A DNA stretch of 64,000 nucleotides from Torpedo marmorata. Its lineage: Eukaryota. Both the position numbers and the translations under genes were made by a program. Positions 33,580 to 44,940 of the stretch are shown here, one piece after another. Location of the stretch: positions 31,496,001-31,560,000 of the forward strand of contig OZ360232.1 of the NCBI GenBank assembly GCA_977017645.1. Reading direction: 5' to 3'. The notes beneath the pieces were generated by a model. That model ran no database searches. It was not told the origin of the DNA and saw only the letters and a list, made by a program, of their open reading frames with translations. Position 1 is the first letter of the stretch, and every line of letters starts with the position of its first letter.

Positions 33580-36500
33580 TGTGGTAAACCACTGTTTGTG
33601 TATTGTGGTGTAGGTATGTACTGCAGGCTGTCCCGATGTCTACTCCCTCCCCTCCCTTGGGTGTCCAGGTAATCCCTCCCCTTTCCTCACCTGAATAAAG
33701 GCCACTGTATCACGGCCACTCCTCCAGTCCGGGTCAGATCTGCTGGAAAGTACTGCTTAGTTCTAAGGTAATAAAAGCCTATGGTTCACTCACGCTCATA
33801 GCCTTCGAGTGTTTATTGATAGGCCTATCAATTTTATTACCTTAGTAAAATCTGATGGAAGGAGCACTAAGACCGGACCGCCTGGACATCGATCACCTAG
33901 CTCCTGATGCCAGTAACTCCTTCGAACACTGGCTACGATGTCTAGAATCTTTTATGATCACCGTCCAAGCCGAAAGTGAGGAGCAGCAACTGAGAGTCCT
34001 CATCTCCAGGGTGAGCTCTTGGGTTTTCACAACAGTGAGAGACTGTAGAACCGACACGGAGGCCATGGATGCGTTGAAAAAGATTTACTTGTCGCCTGTC
34101 AACGCGGTCTACGCGAGGTACCGACTCTTTTTGCGAAAGCAGCGAGCCGGGGAGTCGACCGTGGAGTACGTCAGCGACATACAGTCGCTGGCTCGAGCGT
34201 GCGACTGTAAAGACCTAACGGCTGAGGAACACGTTGGAGTGGTGGAGAGAAATGCATTCATCATGGGGATCAGGTCGGTATATGTGCGCCAGAGACTGTT
34301 GGAGCACGCCGACCTGGACTTTCGTGGGGCGGTAGCGATGGTCCACACGCTGGAGTCCGCGCTGCGGAACTCCGATGCCATGCAGGTACGCGACCCCCAA
34401 CCCGCAGCGTGGTCATCCCCATCCCCCAGCCCTGCCAACGAGCTGACTGCCGCCGCCGTCCGTAGTGATCCGATCGCTACCGCGATCCTCACCGCCGCTG
34501 CCGTCAACCGCGAGCCCGAGAAGTGTTACTTCTGCGGGCTCGATAAGCACCCGAGAAAACGCTGCCCAGCCCGCGACGCGACTTGTTCCGGCTGCGGCAA
34601 GAAAGGCCATTATGTGAAGGCCTGCCGCTCCAAGTCGCGCCCGGGTCCGAGCAGCGCCGCGTGCGAGCTGCGGGGGCGGCCATCTTTGATGCGGGCACTT
34701 CCGGTGTCGACCTCGTGCGAAGAGTGGAGGCGGCCATCTTTGATGCTGGCACTTCCGGCGCCACCGTCCGCGTCTGTACTTCCGGCCTTACTACCGCCGC
34801 CATCTTGCAGCGCGAGCAGCAGCGACACGTGCGATCTACGGGAGCGGCCATCTTTGACAACAGCAGAGGATCAAGATGACTACATCTCAACCCTTGCCTC
34901 AGTCACCCTTGACCAGAGTGTTCCCCACCAGCTATCGAGATCCATGATGGACATCCTGGTGGAGGGGCACAAAACCACCTGTCTCTTCGATACGGGCAGT
35001 ACGGAGAGTTTCATCCACCCGGACACTGTCCAGCGCTGTGGCCTCACTACCATACCGGTAAGCCAGAGGGTGGCCATGGCGTCTGGGGCTCACACAACAG
35101 ACATCCGGGGGGCTTGTGTGGCGAATATTGTTGTACAAGGGACTGAGTATCGACAATTCTCTTTGTTTATTATGAATCGGTTGTGTGCACCTGCTTTATT
35201 AGGACTCGATTTTCAGAGTCACTTACGGAGTGTCACGATGCGGTATGACGGTCCCCACCCTGCGATCACTGTAGTAAACCACCAGTTCCTGAATAACACG
35301 CCCCAAACTACCTGTGGCCTCTCCACTCTTAAGATCTCGCCTCCGTCGCTATTCGCCAACCTGACCCCTGACTGTAAGCCTGTGGCAACCAAGAGCAGGC
35401 GATACAGTTCGGGGGACAGGGCGTTTATCAAGACGGAGGTGCAGAGATTATTACAGGAGGGGATTATTGAGAGGAGTAATAGTCCCTGGAGGGCCCAGGT
35501 AGTCGTAGTAAAAGGGGCCAAGAGTAGGATGGTGGTGGATTACAGTCAGACGATTAATCGATTCACACAGTTGGCCGCATACCCGCTACCACGAATAGCG
35601 GATATTGTTAATCAGATCGCCCAATACAGGGTCTTTTCCACTATAGACCTGAAATCCGCATATCACCAGCTCCCTATCCAAAGGGAGGACCGACAGTACA
35701 CTGCGTTCGAGGCAGATGGTAGGCTGTTCCATTTCCTGCGGGTTCCGTTCGGGGTTACTAATGGAGTTTCTGTGTTTCAGCGGGAGATGGATAGGATTGT
35801 GGACCACTATAAACTTAAGGCCACTTTCCCGTACCTGGACGATATTACCATCTGTGGGCTGGATCGTCAGGACCACGACAACAACCTCCGGAGGTTCCTG
35901 CAGGCGGCCAAAGGACTAAACCTGACATATAATAAAGAAAAATGTGTGTTTGGTACCACACGCCTCGCTATTTTGGGGTATGTGGTAGAGAACGGGGTGA
36001 TTGGGCCCGACCCCGACCGCATGCGGCCCCTGCTGGAACTTCCACTTCCCTCCACTCCCAAAGCACTCAAACGATGCCTCGGGTTCTTCTCATATTATGC
36101 GCAGTGGGTACCAAATTATGCTGATAAGGCCCGACCCCTGGTGAAATCCACCGCATTTCCCCTTGATTCGGAGGCATGTAAGGCCTTTGACCTTATAAAA
36201 GGGGACATTGCTCGAGCAACAATGCACGCGGTGGATGAGGAGATACCTTTTCAGGTAGAGAGCGACGCATCGGACTTCGCGCTGGCTGTTACCCTCAACC
36301 AGGCGGGAAGGCCGGTGGCGTTTTTCTCACGGACCCTTCAAGGCCCCGAAATTCGGCACTCCGCGGTAGAGAAAGAAGCCCAGGCCATAGTGGAAGCAAT
36401 CAGGCACTGGAGGCACTATCTCGCCTGCAAGCATTTTACCCTGCTGACCGACCAACGCTCGGTGGCATTTATGTTCAACAACCAGCAGCAGGGTAAGATC

Positions 36501-38116
36501 AAAAATGATAAGATCATGAGGTGGAGAATAGTACTCTCCACCTACAATTACAACATCCTTTACCGGCCCGGGAAGCTCAATGAGCCCTCCGATGCTCTAT
36601 CCCGGGGATCATGCGCCAGCGCGCAGATCGACCGATTACATGCCCTACACGACGCCCTCTGCCACCCAGGGATTACCAGGCTCTTTCACTTTGTGAAGTC
36701 ACAGAACCTGCCATACTCCCTGGAAGAGGTCAGGACATTGATCAGAGGTTGCCGGGTTTGCGCGGAGTGCAAACCTCAGTTCTACCGCCCCGACAGGGCA
36801 CAGCTGATCAAAGCCACTCGCCCTTTTGAACGTCTCAGTATTGACTTCAAGGGGCCCCTTCCCTCCACGAACCGCAACGTGTACTTCTTAAACATTATCG
36901 ATGAGTACTCGCGGTTCCCCTTTGCCATCCCCTGCCCCGACACTTCGGCTACCTCAACCATAAAAGCTCTCCACCAGGTATTCGCGCTGTTTGGTTTCCC
37001 AAACTACATACATAGCGACCGGGGAGCAGCTTTTATGAGTGAGGAGCTGCGACGGTACCTGCAGGCCCGAGGCATCGCCACTAGCAGGACCACCGGATAC
37101 AACCCCCGGGGGAATGGACAGGTGGAAAGGGAGAACGCTACTGTATGGAAGGCCGTGCTCTTGGCTCTCAAGTCCAAGGGATGGCTGGTTTCCCGCTGGC
37201 AGGAGGTTCTCCCCGAAGCCCTCCACTCTATCCGGTCCCTGCTGTGCACATCCACCAACGCAACCCCTCATGAACGATTTTTTTGCTTCCCCAGGAAGTC
37301 GACCACCGGAACCGCCCTACCTGCCTGGCTGACGTCCCCGGGACCAGTGCTGCTCCGCAATCACCTTCGGAGCAGCAAATATGAGCCGGCAGTCCAGAGG
37401 GTGCAGTTGGCGCACGCCAACCCACAATATGCGTACGTGGTCTTCCCTGATAGGCGAGAGGACACTGTCTCGATTCGGGATCTGGCGCCCGCTGGGGCAC
37501 CGGCAGAACATTCCGACGGGCAAGACCACCTGCTGCAAAACCCCCCTAATTACCACCTGCTGCAAAACCCCTCTAATTCTAATTCCCCACCCAGTGTGCC
37601 AGACCCAGCCCCCTCGCCGGGACCACAGACATTCCAAGAGGCCAGGCAGGAGGCGACTGCACAGACAACCCTACCATCTCCCCCATCAACACAACCCGCC
37701 CCGCCACTACGCAGGTCACAGCGGCAAATTCGACCGCCGGATCGCCTTGACCTGTAAAAAGGGCTTGTATATATATTTCTGTATTATATTTACTGTGTGT
37801 TTTCTGTAACTTAATTAGAGTGGTCACGTCACCCCGCTGGACTCTTTTTAAAAAGGAGGGGTGAATGTGGTAAACCACTGTTTGTGTATTGTGGTGTAGG
37901 TATGTACTGCAGGCTGTCCCGATGTCTACTCCCTCCCCTCCCTTGGGTGTCCAGGTAATCCCTCCCCTTTCCTCACCTGAATAAAGGCCACTGTATCACG
38001 GCCACTCCTCCAGTCCGGGTCAGATCTGCTGGAAAGTACTGCTTAGTTCTAAGGTAATAAAAGCCTATGGTTCACTCACGCTCATAGCCTTCGAGTGTTT
38101 ATTGATAGGCCTATCA
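33580..38116 (+). mobile_element. Intact Ty3/Gypsy LTR retrotransposon (Mag/SURL-like features)
   Basis: Identical 251-bp LTRs at 33580-33830 and 37866-38116 (TG..CA), 5-bp TSD GAGCG, PPT aaaaaggagggg before the 3' LTR and a single gag-pol ORF. Confidence 0.97.
33855..37757 (+). CDS. Gag-Pol polyprotein (1300 aa): Gag with twin Zn knuckles, protease, RT, RNase H, integrase
   Basis: CYFCGLDKHPRKRCPARDATCSGCGKKGHYVKAC; LFDTGS; SPWRAQVVVV, PFGVTNG, YLDD; ESDASD; H..CHPG..CRVC; IDFKGP, HSDRG, GQVER. No stops or frameshifts. Confidence 0.96.
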   Translation: MEGALRPDRLDIDHLAPDASNSFEHWLRCLESFMITVQAESEEQQLRVLISRVSSWVFTTVRDCRTDTEAMDALKKIYLSPVNAVYARYRLFLRKQRAGESTVEYVSDIQSLARACDCKDLTAEEHVGVVERNAFIMGIRSVYVRQRLLEHADLDFRGAVAMVHTLESALRNSDAMQVRDPQPAAWSSPSPSPANELTAAAVRSDPIATAILTAAAVNREPEKCYFCGLDKHPRKRCPARDATCSGCGKKGHYVKACRSKSRPGPSSAACELRGRPSLMRALPVSTSCEEWRRPSLMLALPAPPSASVLPALLPPPSCSASSSDTCDLRERPSLTTAEDQDDYISTLASVTLDQSVPHQLSRSMMDILVEGHKTTCLFDTGSTESFIHPDTVQRCGLTTIPVSQRVAMASGAHTTDIRGACVANIVVQGTEYRQFSLFIMNRLCAPALLGLDFQSHLRSVTMRYDGPHPAITVVNHQFLNNTPQTTCGLSTLKISPPSLFANLTPDCKPVATKSRRYSSGDRAFIKTEVQRLLQEGIIERSNSPWRAQVVVVKGAKSRMVVDYSQTINRFTQLAAYPLPRIADIVNQIAQYRVFSTIDLKSAYHQLPIQREDRQYTAFEADGRLFHFLRVPFGVTNGVSVFQREMDRIVDHYKLKATFPYLDDITICGLDRQDHDNNLRRFLQAAKGLNLTYNKEKCVFGTTRLAILGYVVENGVIGPDPDRMRPLLELPLPSTPKALKRCLGFFSYYAQWVPNYADKARPLVKSTAFPLDSEACKAFDLIKGDIARATMHAVDEEIPFQVESDASDFALAVTLNQAGRPVAFFSRTLQGPEIRHSAVEKEAQAIVEAIRHWRHYLACKHFTLLTDQRSVAFMFNNQQQGKIKNDKIMRWRIVLSTYNYNILYRPGKLNEPSDALSRGSCASAQIDRLHALHDALCHPGITRLFHFVKSQNLPYSLEEVRTLIRGCRVCAECKPQFYRPDRAQLIKATRPFERLSIDFKGPLPSTNRNVYFLNIIDEYSRFPFAIPCPDTSATSTIKALHQVFALFGFPNYIHSDRGAAFMSEELRRYLQARGIATSRTTGYNPRGNGQVERENATVWKAVLLALKSKGWLVSRWQEVLPEALHSIRSLLCTSTNATPHERFFCFPRKSTTGTALPAWLTSPGPVLLRNHLRSSKYEPAVQRVQLAHANPQYAYVVFPDRREDTVSIRDLAPAGAPAEHSDGQDHLLQNPPNYHLLQNPSNSNSPPSVPDPAPSPGPQTFQEARQEATAQTTLPSPPSTQPAPPLRRSQRQIRPPDRLDL

Positions 38117-38121
38117 GAGCG

Positions 38122-38835
38122 GTCCCTACGGAAGGCCGAGAGGGGAGGAGAAGGAAAAATGTGTCTGGTGGTGGGATCCTGTAGTAAGTGCCGGAAATTC
38201 CGGTGGATAATGTGTTGGATGCGGAGGCTGGTGGGGTGGTAGGTGAGGATGAGGGGGATTCTATGTTTGTTGTGTCTGGGGGCAGAGGGGGCCAGGGCAG
38301 ATGAGCGGGAAATGGAGGAGATGTGGGTGAGGGCTGAGTTGATGGTGGTGGAGGGGAAGCCACGTATATGGAAAAAGGCAGACATTTCAGAAGATCTGGA
38401 GTGGAACACCTAATCTTGGGAACAGATGCGGCGGAGACGGAGAAATTGAGAGAAGGGGATGGAATCCTTGCAGGGGACAGGGTGTGAGGAAGTGTAGTCC
38501 AGATAGTTGTTGGAGTTGGAGTGTTTGTAGTAAATTTCAGTGGAAAGCTTGTCTCCTGAGATGGAGACAGAGAGATCCAGTGTTATCGGAGATGGACCAG
38601 GTGAGTTTGAGATCGTGGTGGAAGTTGGATGCGAAGTGGATGAAGTTGACAAGCTCATCGCGGGTGCATGAGGCAGCCCCGATATAGTCGTCGATATAAC
38701 GGAGGAAGAGATGAGGGGTCTTGCCTGTGTAGGCTTGCAGCATGGATTGCTCCACAAAGCCCACAAACAGGCAGGCGTAGTTGGGACCCATGCAGGTACC
38801 CATGGCTACTCCTTTGATTTGGAGGAAGTGGAGAC
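38122..38835 (-). mobile_element. Penelope-like element, RT-containing half (continuation of 32820-33579)
   Basis: QIKGVAMGTCMGPNYACLFVG...LRYIDD and YLDYTSSHPVPCKDSIPFSQFLRLRRICS. The sequence gagcg|gtccctac joins across the Gypsy TSD. Confidence 0.92.
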
Positions 38836-39150
38836 TGGGTAGAGGGATGTCGAGATGTTTCCAGTGGGAGAGTCTGGGACCAGAGGGCACAGCCTCAGAA
38901 TAAAAGGACGTTCCTTTAGAACAGAGATGAGGAGAAATTTCTTCAGCCAGAGGGCAGTGAATCTGTGGGATTCGTTACCACAGACGGGTGTGGAGGTCAA
39001 GTCATTGGGGAGATTTATAGCAGGTCGATAGGTTCGTGATCAGTCAGGGTGTCATGGGGAGGGCAGGAGAATGGGGTTGAGGGGAAAATTACATCAGCCA
39101 TGATTTGATTGGCGGAGCAGACTCGATGGGCCAAATGGCCCAATTCTACT
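38836..39150 (+). mobile_element. CR1 3' end (continuation of the CR1 piece at about 32720-32815)
   Basis: gggcacagcctcagaataaaagga...ttcttcagccagagggcagtgaatctgtgg and the CR1 3'UTR. Confidence 0.8.
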
Positions 39151-40339
39151 GGTGAGAGAGTGCGGTGAGCCCCTCCTGGAACCACAGCAGTCCTGAGGGT
39201 GGAATGATCACAGGGGTGTTGGGGAGGGAGTTCACGGACAAACCCAGTGACAATGAAGAGTCAGGATAGGAGGGACAGAGGGACTGACGGTGGTGGTGTT
39301 CCCCTGACCTTTGTCCCTATTGGTTGGAACGGGTGCAGAGAAGACTGGTTGAGCATCTTGATTGGCTGGGATATCAAGTGAACACCCCCCTCCCCCTGCA
39401 GAGACCCTCGCCCGATTGATCCCCTCACACACACCAGGACAAACACCAGAAGCTCTGCAAACCTCCCCTGGCGATGAGCAGCCTCCGTAAACTCCAGACC
39501 TCTGCTCTCATTTCTGAATCCCTCCTTCTGAAAAGAATCACTTTATCACTCTCCTTTGTAAGTTTCTGTTTAAATCCAGCATAATCTATTGATCTTCACA
39601 GAGCCTGTCATTATACAAATGCAGCTACTAAACATAAATAGGCACCCTGGGAACTGGCTACTGCACGAGCTATAGGTAATGGATCCCATGGAATCATTTA
39701 ATCTGAGGAATCCTGCTTTCCTTGTCTGTGGGATGAACCCGGTTGAGGGAGTCTCGAAAACACAGCCAACTTCAAACGTCAGGCACATACCTTTCTGCGT
39801 GGAATTTTACACAAAGCTTCCAGTTCTGTCTGGGATCAGGAAACCCCTAAACCCGTGGATACAATGCTATTGGTTCTGAGAGCACAGACGCATCCATTCG
39901 ATGCACTCTGACCTGTGATCCAAGACTCAAACTCCAATTCCATATCTCGCAGGAATGTCTCACACAGCAGATTATAACCCAAGGAGAGAGCACGTGACCA
40001 GATCTGGTCCTCAACAAGCTGCTGTGTCTGCAGTCTTGCTGTACAGCTTTCTAGAACACGAGGAATCGCAGCAGGCCACTCTTCCCCTCTCACCTGCCTG
40101 CTATCCCAGCGATCAGAGCATTTTCCTTCAATCACTCATGTTCCTCAATCTTAAAAACAAGGAAGGTGTCAAGGATCAAGTGTCCCAATCAACAGTGTAA
40201 AGTTCCATGCCTGAGCAGAGAACACAAAGCCCACCTGTCCCGTGCAGACCAGTGTCACGAGGGTCCTCAGTCTGTGTGAGAACAAAGAAGGCTATTAGAA
40301 GATGGATGATGAAGTCTTGTCTGAATGAAGGCAGTTTGG

Positions 40340-41655
40340 GTAGGAGAGAGAGAGACTGTGTTGGCCGAATTACTGGAAACGATGAGACAGAATACAGATG
40401 GAGGTGGAGAACCTGGTTGTGTGGTGCCAGAACAACAATCTTGCTCTCAACGTCAGCAAGACCAAAGACGCATACATCAGGATGCTCTTTATGAACTACA
40501 GTTCAGCATTTAACACCATCATCCCCTCAAAGCTGATCAGCAAACTCCAAGACCTGGGAGTTAACACCTCACTGCGTAATTGGATCATGGATTTCCTCAC
40601 CTCCAGACCACAATCAGTGAGGATTGGTAAGAACATCTCCTCCACAAACTCCATCAGTACCAGAGCACCACAGGGCTGTGTTCTCAGTTCCCTGCTCTGC
40701 TCACTTTACACCTACGACTGTGTAGCTCGGAACAACAATAACACCATCTACAAATTTGCCATCGATATTACGGTAGTGGGTTGTATAAAAAGGGGAGATG
40801 AGTCAATATACAGGAGGGAATGGTGAATGGTGCACCAACAACAACCTTGCACCCAATGTCACCAAAACCAACGAGCTGATTATTTTTTTTCAGGAAGGGT
40901 AAACCAGAGGTATACAATCCAGTGATCATTGGGGGATCAGAGGTAGAGAGGGTGAGAAAATTTAAGTTCTTGGGAGTCACTATCTTGGAGGATCTTTCCT
41001 GGACCCAACACACCAATGGCATCGTGAAGAAAGCACGTCAGCGCCTCTATTTCCTCAGGAGTTTGCAGAGGTTTGGTATGACACCAGAAACCCTGGCAAA
41101 TTTCTACAGATGTGTGGTGGAAAGTGTGCTGACCAGCTGCATCACGGTCTGGTATGGGGACACCAATACCCCCGAGCATAAAGCCCTGCAAAAAGTAGTG
41201 GACACAGCCCAGGACATCACAGGCAAAACCCTCCCCACTATCGAGAACATCTACAGGAAACGCTGCCGTCAGAGAGCAGCAGCAATCATCAAAGACCCGC
41301 ACCACCCAGCAGACGCTCTGTTCTCACTGCTGCCATCAGGAAAGGGGTATAGGTGCCACAAGACTCGCACCACCAGGTTCAGGAACAGCTGCTACCCCTC
41401 CACCATCAGACTCCTCAACAATAAACTCAATCAGGGACTCATTTATGGACTCTTACTTTTGCACTTTATTGACTTTTTTCTCTCGGTATTGCACAGTCAG
41501 TTTGTTTACATTTATTTATTTGTTCACATATGTACGTTGTGTACAGTTTTTTGCACGTCCAATAAGTGGTAATTCTGCCTCATCCTCAGGAAAAAGAATC
41601 TCAGGGTTGTATGTGATGTCGTGTATGTACTCTGACAATAAATCTGAAATCTGAT
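40340..41655 (+). mobile_element. Rex1/Babar LINE 3' half (RT and C-terminus) with aatctg tail
   Basis: [62 protein letters not shown]. Confidence 0.9.
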
Positions 41656-42445
41656 TTTATTGTGGACTTCAGGAAGGGGAGATCAAGATATTGTGCACCA
41701 GTCAGCATGATGGGACGGAGGTGGAGAGGGTTAGTACCTTCAAGTTCCTGGAAGTCCATATTTCAGAAGACCTCTCCTGCAGTCGACACATCGAGGCAAC
41801 TGTGAAGAAGGCACACCAATGCCTCTACTTCCTAAGAAGTCTGAGGAGATTTGGCATGTCGTTGGATACTCTATCAAACTTCTACAGGCGCACTATGGAC
41901 AGTATGCTGGCGTTTTGCATCACAGTCTGATTTGGAAATCCAAGTGCCCACGAACACAGAAGGCTGCAGAGGTAGCAAACATAGCCAGGTCCATCGCAGG
42001 CTTCGACCTCCCACCCACTGCAGACATCCATGCGAGGCGCTGCCTTGGGAAGGCAGCCGACATCATAAAGAACCCCATCACCCTGGTCACAACCTCTTCT
42101 CACTGCTCCCTTTGGGCAGAAGTCTGGTCCAGCACATCTGGATTCAAGAACAGTTTTTTTTTCCAACAGCCATCAGGCTCTGGAACCTCCCTGACTACCC
42201 TAACCTGAACCATAAACTACTCTGGGACCACAAAACGACCTGTCTTTACTATTGAAACATCACTTTTCTTGCACTAACTGTAACTAAGAAGGTTCAATTA
42301 TCTAAACTTTTATGTTCATTATCCCATTTCCTGTCTTGGCACACTGTGCTAATTTATACGATTGTAGTTGGTGTAATACACGTGACTGCAGCAAGTACGA
42401 ATTTTAGTGCATCAGTACATTGTACTGTGTACAAGACGATAAACT
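41656..42445 (+). mobile_element. Older Rex1/Babar 3' fragment
   Basis: VERVSTFKFL..HISEDLS...KKAHQCLYFLRSLRRFG. Confidence 0.82.
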
Positions 42446-43510
42446 CCCATCACCCAGGGTTCCCTCATCCTGCCCACAACACCCTCCACTCTTACAGGAA
42501 CATGCTCTTCCTGAACTCTTCCGATCTCACTTTTGAAAACCTCCCACAACGTGACTTGAAGATCCCCTTTGCCAATCTGTGGGTGTTGAGCAGTCGTTGA
42601 AATATCATTCGTATTGGATGTGGCTTCCCGAGCACATCGCTTGATGTCATCCCATCAGAGGCTGACTGGTCTCTCACTGCCTAGATAATAAAACAAAATT
42701 TCTGTTCCCATGGCGATGGGTTCTAGAGTTCTTCGCCCTTGCCAACAATGCTCCTTTGAAGAGACTTTCCACAGATGAAATGGGATTTCTTGCCTTGTTC
42801 TGTGTTAAAAGATTCGGTCCACTTGCAGTTGCCAATAGCAACCAAAATCATCAGCTACTGTAAGAAGGCAGTGATAGCTCTGGGCAACAACCTTGTCATA
42901 ACAATCACTGCAGAACAGTTATAATCATTTTAAATTATTACATCTCCCTGCTGCAATGGGATGAATAAAGCTGTGTCCGAACATTGAATTAAATTATTCT
43001 GTTTCACTACACTTTATATGTCCATGTCTGTGGACAGGAGAGAGGTTGGTGGGGCACGATTACAGACAAGGCAGTTTTAACGTTACCTCTCGAAGCCACA
43101 TCTGCAGGCTCGGAGATCGTTGACTTTGCTGTTGATCTTCAGCCCTGAGATGTGTGCCCCAGCGTCCAACATGGGCAGCGGTGGCACACACACTTCTGGG
43201 CTGGACCTCCACAAGCCTTGGACCATCTTCACTTTCCAATCCTCTCCAGAACAACCGTAGCCTTACTCCCTCACCGCCATAGAGTCAGACAAAGTGGAAA
43301 CAAGCCCTTTGGCTCAACTAGTCCATGCTGACCTACTTGCCCATCTGAACTGGCTCCATTTCCCTCTGAACCTCCCCTATCAACGGACCTGTCTAAATAG
43401 AACATAGAACATTACAGCACAGTACAGGCCCTTCGGCCCTCGATGTTGTGCCGACCTATATATTCCGACCAAAAAAATACGAAACCCTCCCTACCTCGTA
43501 TCCCTCTATT

Positions 43511-44512
43511 CGTACAGTCAGTTCGAATTGGAAACAACGTCTCCTCCTCACTGATTATCAACATAGGCGCACCCCAAGGATGCGTGCTTAGTCCACTGCT
43601 CTACTCATTATACACCCATGACTGTGTGGCCAGGCACAATTCCAATGCCATCTACAAGTTTGCCGATGACACCACAGTTGTCGGCAGAATCACAAATGGC
43701 AATGAGGAAGCGTACAGGAGGGAGATAGATCAGCTCGTTGAATGGTGTAATGACAACAACCTTGAGCTCAACGTCAACAAAACCAAGGAAATGATTGTGG
43801 ATTTCAGGAGGAAGTCAGGGGAACACGACCCAGTCCTCATCGAGGGCTCAGTAGTGGAGAGGGTCAAGAACTTCAAATTCCTGGGTGTCAACATCTCCGA
43901 GGATCTGTCCTGGAGCATCCACGTTGATGCAATCACAAAGAAGGCTCGTCAGCAGCTATACTTTGTGAGGTGTCTGCGGAGATTCGGTATGTCACTGAAG
44001 ACTCTCGTAAACTTCTACAGGTGTACCGTGGAGAGCATTCTGGCTGGTTGCATCACTGCCTGGTATGGAGGTGCCAACTCTCAGGACAAGAGTAAACTCC
44101 AGAGGGTTGTTAACTCGGCCTGTGACATCACAGGCACCAAACTTCACTCCATCTAGGACATTTACATGAGGCGGTGTCTTAAAAAAGAAGCTACTATCAT
44201 CAAAGACCCCCACCACCCAGGCCATGCCCTCTTCACTCTGCTTCCATCGGGGAAAAGGTACAGGAGCCTAAAGTTGAGCACTCAACGGCACAAGGAAAGG
44301 ACAGCTTCTTCCCCGCTGCCATCAGATTCCTGAATAATCAATGAACCAAAGACACTACCTTACTTTTCGTGCACTATTATTTATAATTTTTTTATAGTAA
44401 TGTTGTAAGATGGTTATAATATGAATGTTAATTGCACTATGACGCTGCCGCAAAACACCGAATTTCATGACTTGTTCATGACAATAAATTCTGATTCTGA
44501 TTCTGATTCTGA
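43511..44512 (+). mobile_element. Young Rex1/Babar LINE (RT C-half) with (ATTCTG)n tail, nested in a CR1 3' end (-; 43395-43510 and 44513-44740)
   Basis: [43 protein letters not shown]; aataaattctgattctga tail. Confidence 0.92.
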
Positions 44513-44940
44513 TTTTTCTTCCATCCATGTGCCTAAGAGTCTCTTAAACGCCCCTAATGTTTCAGCCTCCATCACCATCCCTGGCAAGGCATTCCAGGCA
44601 CCCACAACTCTCTGAGTAAAAAACTTACCCCTGATGTCTCCCCTAAACTTTCCTCCCTTCACTTTGTACATATGTCCCCTGGTGTTTTCTACTCCCGCCC
44701 TGGGAAAAATGTGTTGGCTGTCCACCTGTCTATGCCTCTCAAATGTCTTTGAAATACTACAATTGTTCAAACTATGGCATCCCATTTTAAGAGGAGCATT
44801 CTGGGTGTAAAAGTAATAAACTGCAGATGCTGGATATCTGAAATAAAATCAGAAAGTGCTGGAAACACTCACTGGTCGGTGAGAATTAATGCTTCAGCTC
44901 GACAATTCCTCAGGACATTCATCTTGAACCACCAGTCCTT

